Made by a program: the position numbers and the translations under genes. From assembly GCA_036172245.1 (NCBI GenBank), contig JAYWIR010000026.1, positions 1,612,001-1,676,000 on the forward strand: a stretch of 64,000 nt of DNA. Reading direction: 5' to 3'. The DNA is from Raillietiella orientalis. Lineage: Eukaryota. A model generated the notes under the pieces. The model was not told the origin of the DNA. It was given only the letters and a program-made list of their open reading frames with translations, and did no database searches. Below, one piece after another: positions 12,622 through 24,200 of the stretch. Within the stretch, counting starts at the first letter, position 1. Every line of letters begins with the position of its first letter.

Positions 12622-14317
12622 TCAGAGCTTCAGCTTCCTCTGCATCGCCCCGTACCTCTCCACCGCCCTCAACATCACGGACGCGAAGTCCCGGACCGCG
12701 CCTTCGAATTCCTTCGCAGACCTCCCCAGAATGGGGTTGACGACCGGGAGATTGCCTGGGTCTGAGGAGACAGCCGAAAGTCAGGCGGGCCTGAAAACCG
12801 CTTCCGGCGGGGGAGGAGTACTCACTCTGCAGCACAGCGAGCGGGTTGAAGAGCCGGAAGAGGGGACTGAAGAGGCCCCCGGAGAGGGGCCTGAAGTTGA
12901 GGAAGAGGTTGTTGAAGATGGACGTGAAGGCAGAGATGGCCTCCTGGAGGCTGGGGAGTCCCGGGGTTCCGAAATTCATGGACACCGTACTGTTTCCGAC
13001 TTGCTTGGTGAGGGTGCCCAGAAGCCTCCCTCCCTCCTCGCGCACCTGAGAGAGACGTTGAGCGAACCTTCTCGGTGGATACCGACAGCTCGGCCGAGGA
13101 GCCGGTAGGCAGTGGGCGCGGGAAACCCCGGTGAGCACCCCACCCGTCGCTTCTTTCCCACATACTCCCTTCTCCCCGTGCTCTCACCTTCCAAGACAGA
13201 GACGCGACTGCCATGGCGCTTCCAGCACACATTCCCTCCCTCCCTTCCTCCCATCTCTCTTCCCCTTGCCCTTGCAGGTCGCCTCCAGAAGACGGTGGCG
13301 AGTTCCGCAGGAAGGTGGAATAAGATGATGATGATGAGAGAGAGAGAGAGAGATCCGAGATTCTGCAGCGAGCATCATCATCGGAGCCTCCACCCCGCGC
13401 GCGGCTTCCTCCTCAGTGATGTGCCCGCTCCGCGGTCACGCCCCTCCGTTCGCCTTCCGAGATTTCGCCCGCTCGTAACGCGCGCGAGCCGAGCACTTGC
13501 CCTCCGGCACCTCGGGATCCGCCTCCAGCCCGGAAGAGGAGCTTGTGACCTGGATTGCGGAGACTCAGGCGATCGCTGAGGAGGCACGTTGAACCGAGGC
13601 GTCCGCGGAGGACCGCGAACGTCTCGGTTCGTACTGCTGCACGGAAGCGCGCGCAGGGCGGTCGGACGACACCACGCGGGAGAGGCCCAGCTGCCCGTTG
13701 GGGAGCGTGCGGGGCTCCCTCGAGGCCTCTTTCGTCCCTTCTTTTGCTGCTGTGCGAACCGGAAAGCTCCTTTCGTCGCTCTCTCGCCTCTTCGCCTTGC
13801 CTCCGAGGACATGCGAGCGGAGGGGTTTTTCCCTCCTGCTCCCTCGAGGTCCAGTGCCCCTCGCGAGCGAGACCTCCCGCAAGCACTGGGTTTTTCTCCC
13901 CAAACGGGGTCCAGAAAACGTCGTCAGCCTCCCCTTTCACCCCTCCCTCCTTAGACCAGTGTGGATGGGGACGGTTGGCGAACAGGTCGCGAAGGCGCTG
14001 GCCCTGCACATGCGAACCCGGAAGAACCCCGAGGGACAGGGATCTTCCTGGAGGAATGAGACATTTTTCCCAGAGTACCTCAAGCAAAAACCACCGGGAA
14101 CTTGTCCGAGGAAGGAAGGGTTAGGTCAACGGACCCCTTTTCTCTCGACCCTCCTGACCGTCGCGCATCCCTCCGCGCACGCGGCCGGCGGCGCGGGGTT
14201 CCCCCTACGGGACGGAGCTGTCCGAACCTGTCTGCTGCGGAGCGCCAGCCGCTGGCTCCGGACGCCGGACGCTTGGGACACCACCAGCAGCACCAGAGCA
14301 CATAGAAACAGCCTCAT
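12622..14317 (-). CDS. Orphan secreted protein B (149 aa); coding exons 14317-14228, 13045-12826, 12761-12622
   Basis: Signal exon MRLFLCALVLLVVSQASGVRSQRLALRSRQ|GTTCGG (phase 0). Acceptor ctctctcag leads to VREEGGRLLGTLTKQVGNSTVSMNFGTPGLPSLQEAISAFT...VLQ. A|GTGAGT opens a phase-1, 64-nt intron. Last exon reads NPGNLPVVNPILGRSAKEFEGAVRDFASVMLRAVERYGAMQRKLKL*. Exon lengths sum to 450 nt, in frame. Confidence 0.7.
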
Positions 14318-16112
14318 CTTCCTGATTCCTGGAACGAGAGGGAACAGAATGGCGGCACCAGGTTGTCCTCCCGGCGCGCGACGCAGTCTAGATCGCGAGG
14401 AAGGAAGAGAGAACAGGAAAGCGGAGCGTCCGTTCTGGCTCTTTCTCGGAGTTAGGGGAGGGAGAAAAGGGACGAAGATTCCCTTAGGAAACGGGTCCTC
14501 GTTCGTCGCCCGCTTCTGAGCTCTTCGGCGGACGATGACGAGAGGTATTGCCCTACTCCGGAACCTCGCTTTCTTCCCCCTCTCCACCTCTTTCACTGCC
14601 TCAGAGAAGGTCTCTGGGCAGCCCTGCAAGTTTCCTCATCTCAGAAGAGCAGACGGAGGCCAGGGCCGTTCCTGAAGCCAGGAGAATTTTACCCCCACCC
14701 CTCTTCTTCCTGGGAATGTCCGAAGTCTTCCCCCTTCCCCCCTCCGAGTCCCTGGGGTGCCTGTCGGAACCATCGGGCCGGAGTCCTTTGGCTCAAGATT
14801 TCCTTCAGGAAAATCCCTCCCTCGAACGGGAAGTCGGTTCTCAGGAGCGCTTGTGGGAGAGAGGGTAGGGAATGGGACGTGCACGCGCCCTTTCCAGCCG
14901 CTTTCCCGTCCCGTTTTTTCCCTGTAGGGTCCGGAGTAAGACAGAGTCTTAAATCTGCGCAGGATGCGCGGAACACTCCGACCGCGCTCCTTGCGGGCGA
15001 AGGGAGTTCCCGGAGGTTCCGGGACACCGGCCTCACTCTTAGCGGAATGAGGGGGACGCGTGAAACGCGCACGTAGAAGGACTCTCCTTTACTCTCCCCA
15101 GGGATAAGCAGCTTCTCCTTCTTCCTCCTAAAGGGAAAGTCCAGATCCGGACCTTTGGCGTCCGTCCGAGTCGGGAACTTTCCGGAGAGCGTTCTCCCGA
15201 ACTGCGCGACAGCAACTTCCGGGAGTGAGGGACTCTGGTCGCAACCCGGAAGAGGTCATCTAGGGGTGAAAAGGAACCAGGAAGCAGGGACCATCCTTCT
15301 TCACCCCCCTTCCGATCCCCTCTTCCGGCGAAAGAGGCGGCGCTGCTTTTCGGAAGTCTTCCACGCCCGTGTCGCCATCGATTCGAAGAGACGCGGTTTC
15401 TGGGATCGGAGGGAAGGGAACGGGGAGGAGAGGAAACGCGCGGTCGGGCGGAGAAGGCTCTCGTGGAGGGATGTTCGAGGGGACGAGGATCACGAGCACT
15501 ACGCTTATCCTCCTCTTCCCCTGCCCGCTTGCCTCCTTCCTGCTTTTCGTTCGGCGAGACCTCCGCCTAGGACGACTCCCGATCTCCCCAGCAGCAGCTT
15601 CTCAGGAAGCCTCTTCGTCCCGGAGGAGGAGAGAGGTCAGGGGAAAGGGAGCTGCTGCCGCCGCGTTCTCCTCCTCTGGGCGGTGCCGTAGAGTTGATGT
15701 TGGCGCTGGAGAGGGGGAGAGGAAATGGGACGAAAACAGCAGCTGGGAGAGCGGAGGCGTCTCGCTTCGCCTCCTCCTCCTCCTCGCTGCCGCCTCCGCT
15801 GTTCCTGTTGTCTTGGCTGCCGTTGTTTTTTGTTGTTTGTTTTCGCTCGGTTGGTCTTCGTTGGGAGAGCTGGAGAGAAGGGAGGGAGAAGGAACAGTCC
15901 CGCGGAGGGAAGCGAGACGGGGAGGGGAGGGGGGCGAGGAGCGAGAACGAGCGTGGACAGAGGGGAGGGGAAGGGGTGGGATGGGGTGGGGCGGGGTGGG
16001 CATGGGGAGAAACGCGGCACCCGGTCATCCTGCGCGCACTCGTCAGCGACCAACAAGAAAAACCAAAACAAAAAAGGAAGAAAAAAAATTTCTTTTCTTC
16101 TCTCTTTTTTAC

Positions 16113-16199
16113 CTGCGAGGAAGAGCGCGTGCAACCGGCGGCGTCACTAGGCGACGGACACTCGTAACGGGTCGTGACACTTACGTTTTTTTTTATATA
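16113..16199 (-). promoter_or_regulatory. TATA box (TATATAAA, 16199-16192) and short non-coding first exon, probably of gene B
   Basis: Canonical TATA, then a CAG|GTAAAA donor at 16113/16112. Gene B has an acceptor (ctcgttccag, 14331-14329) 11 nt before its ATG. Linking the two is inference. Confidence 0.5.
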
Positions 16200-17274
16200 G
16201 CCGCCAGCGGCCCCCTCCCTCCCCCCTCCTCGGGACTGTGGACTGACCGGTGGAGCGGGCGGGTAGGCGAGAGAATGGGGAGGGACGCGGATCTCCTGGG
16301 CGAATTCCCCGCCTGGGACCACCTTCACCCGCGAGCGGGGGCTCGCCATTGGCTGCGGGGGGGGAGGTCAGCAGGAGTGGGAGGGGGAGGATTATGTACC
16401 AGTGGGTCACGGAGGCTGGATGTAGGCTTCTGGAACGAACCATCTAAAATTACGTGCTCGGCGTCTTCGTTTCTTGTTTTCTGGTCCTTCCTCCTCCGGG
16501 AGAAACCGTTAACTCTCTCTCAGAGCCGGGAGAGAGACAGTCGTTGTCACCTTGGCGACGCCTGCACGCGCCGCCCGCCCCCTCCGCAACGCCGCGTGCT
16601 GCCGATGCGCACGTGAGCAATGTCTACCTCGGGAAAGCGAGCTGGGGATGAGAGATTCCCTCTTCCAGGGACCCCACAACGTCCTCTGGAAGAGGAAAGA
16701 GGCGGGTGAAGGAGGAAGGAAAGAGGAAAAGAACGGGAGGCACACAAAATGGCCGCCAGTCTGGCATCTCCCACGGTCTCCTTTCCGCTTCCCTCGTCCT
16801 TCCTCGACTCTGCAACCTCCTTTGGAAGCTTTCCCGGAGCTCTGGGAGAGGAAGATTGGCCTCCTGCGGGTCCCTTTTCTCTCCTTTCCACTTCTCCTCG
16901 GCATCCCCCGAAAGAGGCTGAAGAGGGTAGCAGGCACCCGCAGGAGTTCAGTCTCTCCGCCTGACAGTGGAAGGAGTATTCGCCCGCTTCCGCAGGAGGG
17001 GCGGACGCTGAGGGAGGGGGACAGAAGGGACGCAGGGGTTCCTTCCCTGGGGCGAACGAAGATGGCATGAGGAGCTTTGGCAAGTAGTTCAGCCCCTGCC
17101 GACGATCCCATCCTCCGGATCCAGGAAAAGGGACGTCCTCCCTTCCTCCTACTCTCCCCCTTCCTTTCTCTACTTCCCACCTCACGCTGACGAAGCTGCG
17201 GAGGGAAGGATTGGTCTGAATGAAATGGGAGGGGGAAGGGGCGAGCTTCCTTCCCTCTCCATCGGTCGTTATGA

Positions 17275-17317
17275 CAGTCTGGAAGGCGGGACCGGGCCGG
17301 TCCCGCCTTCCAGACTG
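17275..17317. repeat. Perfect 43-bp palindrome (21-bp arms, 1-nt spacer)
   Basis: cagtctggaaggcgggaccgg-g-ccggtcccgccttccagactg. Confidence 0.95.
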
Positions 17318-18631
17318 CGACTCGAGGGGACCGTCTTCCGAAGCCAAGAAGGGTCTCGCGGAGGGAAGAGGCGAAACACCCCGGAGCTAGCAGCGAGTCC
17401 CTCGGGGATTTCCGGCAGTGGGCAGCCGTCACGCAGCCTGCCGGAAATCCGGCCGTGGGTGCGTCGTCCCTCGTGGAGAAGCTTCGGTGTCCGTCCGCAG
17501 GGCGCTTCGACGATCGGCTGACGACGCAGTGGAGATGGGGAACAGGGCACTCGCGAGGCGTCCACAGGAAGGACGGAACGTCCCCACTCCGGATGGATCC
17601 ACCGTTCCTGTGGGATTGGCGCGGGGCGCCTCAGGCGGAAGGAAGGCGGCGATTTCGGGAGCAGCCGATCGAGGCAGGCTACAGTTTCCCGGACGGGCTC
17701 AAAGATCCTCCCGTCGCTCCCTGGAACCGGGCCGTGTGAGCGGTTCCCGCACTAGCGCGCGAAGGGAGATTAGATGGGAAGGGGCAGGTGGAGAAGGCTG
17801 CGGGCCGGATGCCCTTGATGCGACGATGAGAATCGGGCGGCGAGCGCGCGCGCGTCACGCTCCGGCGCGAGGGCGCCCGCGCGCGTTTCCCGGTCTCGTG
17901 TGATCGGGCAGCGGTCAGTATGGGTAGGCAGATGGGGAGAGCCTCTCGAGTTGAGGACCGGCAGGGACCATCGGTTGGGAGACCCTGAGCAGGCACGGCG
18001 GACGAGGTCGAGGAGCTAGAAGGACGCGAGCCCTTCCTACGCCCACCTCCTGGGCGAGCAAGGACTGGGATGCCCCCGCCCCTGACTGGGCAGGGACACG
18101 AGTCCGCTCACACCCGGAGGAAGGTGGGGATGAAGGAGAGAGGGATGGCAAGAGATATGCCCACGTGCACCATTGCGCAAGAGGGCCCTTGTGCTGGATG
18201 ACCCCGGCTGGCGAAGAGGGGTCGCCCCTTTCGCTGCCTCGAGGGCACCGGGAAACTTCGAAAACGGAGCCGGGGATACTGGATGGGGGGAGTGTTTGGA
18301 TCCTGCATCTCTCAAAGGCTCGAGACTCCTGCCGAGGTGACCAAGGAGAACGCGAGTAAGACGTCACCCACAACATCCTCCCTCCGTCCCTTCCGGACTA
18401 TGGGGTCCCCCCCTCCGGTCTGCCCCCAGACCGTCACTCCCAGCGGGCCATCCGTCGACTCCGGGGCTGACAGCTCGCTTCTGGCGTCCTGTGTGTCGGA
18501 GTTTACTCCGCGGGAAGCGGACGCTCCCAGTCGGTGCCGCTTTGTCGGTAGGTCCTCCTCCTGCCTCGAGACGTCCTCTGGAGGCTTGGAAGTCCCAAAT
18601 GAGCTCCTGGAATGTGCAGACGGCGGCGTCT

Positions 18632-19560
18632 CTGCTCACTGTCCTCCCTTCCAGGTATGCAAGTTTAAGATGTGCCGGCTGCCTGACGCGTGTCTAGGGA
18701 CGCACTCTCCCCAAGCATAGAGAGCTCCTGGCTGCGGCAGCTGCATGACCAAGATTAGAGAGGGTGCTGTCCAGTCCTGCAGTGCCTAGTGTGTCCATGT
18801 GGCCGGAAACTTCAAGTAACGGCACATCACGCATCCCCTCCTGGAAGGTGAGAACGGAAGGCCTGAGGAGACCAAAAGTAGCCTCTCCCCCTGTCCCTTG
18901 TGACTTTCCTTCATCCATCTTGTCTCTTCCTTGGGAGAGCTCCAGAGAAAAGCCATCCTGGTCGCTTCAGGTTGTCCCATTACCCGTGAGGCATACGCAT
19001 CGTTATGAAGGCCTCTCGCTCATGGAGATACTGGAATCGAAGGGGTAAGTATGGGGAACCCCAAGGACTCGAGTGGCAGGAAGAACCTGGGGAAGGGGTG
19101 CCACGGAGCTGGAGGACATGGCGTACCTGGGAAGGGGAAGAGAGGGGAAAAAAGGAAACGTTGGTCCGCGGAATCCAGGTTGCCTGGGAAACCTGGCCTC
19201 TCGGGAGCCATTTCTGTCACACCTACTCGTATTTGACTCTCGATCGTCTCTGGACAGGGAAACTGTCTTCCCACGCACTACCCGCATTCCCGGGAGGCGT
19301 GGGGACAGCAGAAGAGCTACGGAGAGAAGTCGTTTCCCTGGAAACAGAGCTTCTTCCAGAAGGACCTGAGAGCAAACTTCTGATACGCCGAGGAGCGCGG
19401 CTCCACGATCCTTCCCGTTCTTCAGGGAGAGACACGAGGAAGACAGAAGAAGAAAAGACGATGGGGTGCAAGAAATCAGGATGTTTCCCACGTGCGGGAA
19501 GTGCCCTGGAACCTCCCGGTCTCCAGCTGACAACTGCTGGACGCTCCTTTCTTTTCCCCG
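18632..19560 (+). mobile_element. Decayed L1/Tx1-like RT to C-terminal fragment; the first 205 bp are duplicated at 21041-21245
   Basis: AA*RVSRDAL (~KAFDRVS), SLSPCPL..REAYA (~PLSP..AYADD), DRLWTGK..GGVG (~F.W.GK..GGLG), PTCGKC. Confidence 0.35.
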
Positions 19561-21040
19561 GGACTCCTCCTCCCTTCTCGGGATCGCCGGCTCATCCTGC
19601 CCCTCTCGGACAGCGGCTCCCTCGTTCCCAATGCCTCTCACGAAAATCCGCAGAGACGCCTACTCAGGATTCAGGAGATCCGAGAAGATCGGAGAGAAGG
19701 CAGCCGATCCCTGCCGCTTGGATGCGGATTGGCAGGAAGCGCGCGCGCTAAGGAGGCATCTAGGATGCCAAGCTTTTGCATCCAACATCCCCATGGGATT
19801 GTTCTTCGGAGGAGTGGGCTGCTACGTTTCCTTAAAGTCGAGGGAAGGGGGTCGTCTCTTTTGATCCGGGGTTCGAACAGCTCGATAGGCTTCCGCAGGT
19901 TGCCCTCCTCCTCCGGTTGACAAGGTCAAGGTCAACGCCCACCAGGCGCGCAGTTTCCTTCTGGGACGGAAGAACAGCCTGTTCCCTCCTGGGCGTTCAT
20001 ATCAGCTCCTTTCTGGATTGGGAGTGGGAAGGGTCGAGTCCTCCCTCTCACTCTCCATGGATCCACTCTTTCCTTCATGGTGCACCGTGTCATCCCGAAG
20101 CCCTCTTGTCACTTACTGCCCTCCAGAGAGGACTCGCCAGGTGCGACAGGACTCCCTGCGCTGCCGGAGAGAGGGGAATGGAACGCGATGTTTAGGATGC
20201 TTTCCAGAATGGGGATGTGCAGGAAGGCGGCGTTCACAGATAGGGGGTGGCGGTTCCACTGGGCATGGAGACGGCGAGAGAGGAACTTTGGGAATTTGAT
20301 GGGCGCGTTGCAGTGGAAAAGGAGCATCCAGAGACCGCCGCGCTGCTTCCCCAAGGCTCCAGGATTGCTCGAGGTGCTGCGCTCCGGTACGCTCCGCGTA
20401 GTTTCCATGGAGACGGGCTGAACGGGTGCTCAGAATTCTTCCCGTCTGGCCTCCCCTTCTTTGGGGTACGGGACACCTTTCTCAGACACGCAGTGTCTCT
20501 CTCCACCGTTCATGCCCGCTACTTCCGAGATCGACGAAATCCGGGCGCTGTGCATTCCGAAGATCTCTGTTCCTTCTCTGCTCCCTCTTCCTCGCGAGCA
20601 TTCTTCTTTCCCTCGAAGCGCGCCTCCGCTCCGTGCCCTCCAGATGCCTACAGGTGCATCTTCGGCACGGAAAAGAGATGGCGCGTCATTTCCTGGTGGC
20701 AGGGAGATCTACTTTGCCCGTTCTCCCTCGAGCATGGGCGGTGCAAATCTTTCCGGCAAGGTTCTAAGGATGCTGAGCCTAGAATCGTGTACCGACCTCC
20801 GTGTCAGCAGCTCAGCACAGCGCGTCCTCCATCATCCAGGACGTCTTCTCGCCGAAAGGAGGAGCGAGAGAGAGGTTAGCGAGCCACGGCCCACCCCAGG
20901 TATCGCCTCCTGGTTTTCCATGAACATCCACGGTCCTCGTTCCCGGAGCTACAACGACAGATCACCCATGCGTTGAGGAAGAGTGGCAGAAATAAGGAGC
21001 CTTTCTGCGGCGCTTAAAACCTGATCTGTTCTAGACGCTC

Positions 21041-21245
21041 CTGCCCACCGTCCTCCCTTCCAGGGATGCGAGTTTAGGATGAGCCGGCTGGCTGACGCGT
21101 ATTCAGGGACGCGCTCTTCCCAGGCATGGAGAGCTCCTGACTGCGTCAGGTGCAAGACCGAGATCAGAGAGGGTGCTGTCCAGTCTTTCAGTGTCTAGTG
21201 TGCCCACGTGACCTGAAACTTCAAGTCACGACACATCACACATCC
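21041..21245 (+). repeat. Diverged direct copy of 18632-18836
   Basis: Equal-length 205-bp alignment, ~80% identical by eye; e.g. agagagggtgctgtccagtc and gaaacttcaagt are shared. Confidence 0.85.
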
Positions 21246-24200
21246 ACTTCACAAGCGAGAGTCAGTCCCTGACCTCTCATCCGAGAGAGCAGGGATGGTC
21301 TCCACATGGGTAGGTAGCACAAAAACCCCATCCTTAGCGGAGCCTCATGTCAGATTCCAAGGCGGTACTCTCCTTGGAAATTTGGAGAGCCATGATGGGC
21401 TGATATGAACCTGTTTAGAAACCCTCTGGGAACCGACCTACTCTTGGCGTGATACTCTTGGTGATACCTTCGGCAGCCGCGTTTCCAGGGATGACTCCTC
21501 TCCTCCGGCATCTTCCAGAATTCTTAAAGAGATGCATTTTAATCAAGCCCTTTCGTTCGCTTTTTCTGCTCCTCCTTTTCCCGAAGATGCCTGGAGCACT
21601 CGCGCTGGATGGTCCTGGCCGCTCCTGATTCAAGGTCGTCGTTACCCAAAAGGATTTCATCGGACGTTTGAGGATGCGGCACGCACCGGCGCAATGAGAG
21701 ACGCGTCTCCTCGTTCCGGTCCACACAAGCGCTGCTAGCCGGAAGCCGAAGATCCCGGTTTCTAGGCAATGGAATCGAGGGATCTTTGCGTGCAGTATCG
21801 TCAACGTTCTGAGGCACGACTGCTTGATTTCTCAGCTTGGTCAGGGACCTCGCGACTGCGAGGTCTCATTCCCCCCCTCTTCCATGCTCGTTGTGGGTCT
21901 TCCTTAGGCTGATTCCTCCAAGGGCGACTTGACCGTACCTTCTCTTTCACGATGACCACTTGGGCGGGTGGGAGGAAAAGGGTCTTCCTTTTTCAGCCAC
22001 CCTCAGATCATCATCGGGTGCGGTTCACAAGGCTCATGGAACTGCCTTCACCAGCGTGTGAGGAAGGAAGTTCCTCTCTTTCACCCCACATAGTGGGATC
22101 GCCGGGAGAGTCTCAAGGAAAGTGTCGTTGGAACTTGTGTCCCTTTCGGAAGAGCACTACGCTCTTGGGAGGTCTGGAGGGAAGAGTACTCTCTCCTTGG
22201 GACGCTGCCGAACGGCAGCAACCAAAAGAAAACGGTCGCCTCCAAGAGGTCTTTCCGAGGTCGGCCAGTGACACTGACCTCCTCCCGTGTTCCCTATGAG
22301 GATTGCCCTTCGACCTAAGAAAGGACGTAATTGCCCTCCTGGTCAGCATGGGAAGGAACAACGTCTCGACGACCACCTCCTCCCCGCTTGCCGTCGAGGG
22401 AACTACCACGCCCCGGAGATCCCTTCACTTGTCCCTTCCTTCCTCTCCCTTTCTCGCCTTCCCCTTCTCCACGGGAAAACCCCGAAGGATAGTCTTTGCC
22501 TGGATCCTGTCAATTGTCGCCCGAAGTCCCTCTCAGTTTGGTCTGACGAGCTGCCTCGTCTCCCTGGGGAACGGCGTTCTCAAAGAGCGCACGGCGCCCT
22601 GTTTGCCCGCTTGTGGCGCCTGTGGGCGCGCATTCGGAGAGGTCAACCGTCGGCGGCGGCACTCAGTAGCGAGAACCGGGCGAAACGCTTCCATCCCCTT
22701 CTCGGAGATCCTCCGGTGGAGCTCCAGATGAGTTCAGGGCGTTTGAGGAATCGTCGGTCTCGTAGAGGGCGAATGCGAGAGCAAGGCGCCTCTCGAGGGA
22801 GCGCCCCAGAGCCAGAAAAGCGCGGGAAACTGGAATCAGGAGAGGCAGAGAAAAGGGATCTCCCTTTCCTCTCAGTGACCGGAGTCCCTGAGAATTCTCG
22901 AGGACGCAGGGAACCGCGATTCCTCGTAAGGAAGACTCAGCGAGATGTCCATCCTCGGGAAGCCGGGCGGAGGAAGAGGTCACCTGATCCTCTCCTCGGC
23001 TTCGGGCTCCTGCAACCTCTGTCACTGCTGCTGCTGACGAAGGAGCTCAGACGAATCGCCTCTAGCAGAGGAAGGAGGGGGCGCCGGTGGACTTCAGGTG
23101 CTGCCGCCACCGACCCGCTGCATATCCGTATGAATTTTTCTTGAGGCTTCCTCTGCCGCCTCCGCGGCTGCCGGAGTGCGCAGAGCAGCCGACGCACCCC
23201 AGGGGCTTGCCGGAGGCTCGCTCCGCGGGCCTCCGAGGCGGCGCTTACGCCTCTGCCCCTCGCTGACCCGGCAGGGCGCCTACGGCAGCAGCGCACTGGA
23301 CGGAGAGCCCGATTAATGGCGCAGCGAGAGAGACAGGAACGCCGACGGCACTGCCGCGGACCGGACCACCACATGCTCAGTCCTCCTCTTTCTGACCATC
23401 TCCCGACTCCTTTTGTCTTCCTCCTTTCCTCCCTATGAAGCTCCCGGTGCTATGAGGAGGGATTTTCCCTCGAGGTCAAGCTGTCAGCGCTTTTCGGGAG
23501 AAGGAAGGAGAGACCTAGAGATGCCTCTGGTCCTTCCTCTCCCCCTTTTTCTTGCAGGACGACTCAGGCAGCGCTAAGGAGGTGCGCGTGGTTGTTCGTC
23601 GCCTCTTGGAAGGCGGTCAGCGTGCGCCGCGGGGAGGCTGTGGCGCGCGCTGACCGTCTTCCCCTCGGGGCGGGACGGCCTGCTCATCGCCTCCTCCCCT
23701 CCTCCTCCCTCGTTCCGCCCCCGCCGGATGCCGGGAAGAAAGAAGGTTAAAAGGCCAGAAGAATTCCCTCTGGCCGCGCTCGCGCCCCACATATCCTCTA
23801 CCCGGAGCCCCTCAGAGGCTAGGGACTTTCCTCCCAAGTGTCCCAGAGGGAGTTTTCTTTTCTCTCGTAGGGCACAGACCATGAGGGCGGAGACACCCTG
23901 AGACAGGCAAATGCGCGCCCTCAGGCCTTTACCGGAACTCCTGGAGTCTCCCCGACACTTCTTCCACCGGCAGGACGCTCCTCAGGAAGAACAGCTTCAG
24001 GGATCACGTCATGATGATTTTTTCCTCATCATCATTATCAACTTCCTTTTCCTCCTCTCTTCTTCTTCCTCTTCCTCATTTGGGAATGACTCCCCGATGA
24101 TATTCACCGCCGCCGCCTCTTCCTCCCCCTTTTACGGAGTCTCAGTTTTCCTTCGCGTCTGAGCTTCCTCCCTGCCTTCAAGAGGGAGCAGCCTCTTTAG

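Noticed and set aside
11927..13138. 403-aa minus-strand ORF as a single CDS
   Set aside because: Only 13045-12826 looks coding and it is bounded by good splice sites; the rest reads through intron and UTR
15369..16616. 415-aa ORF, and similar long ORFs such as 47835-49094 and 46510-47481
   Set aside because: R/G/P/S-rich low-complexity translations expected by chance at high GC; no motifs
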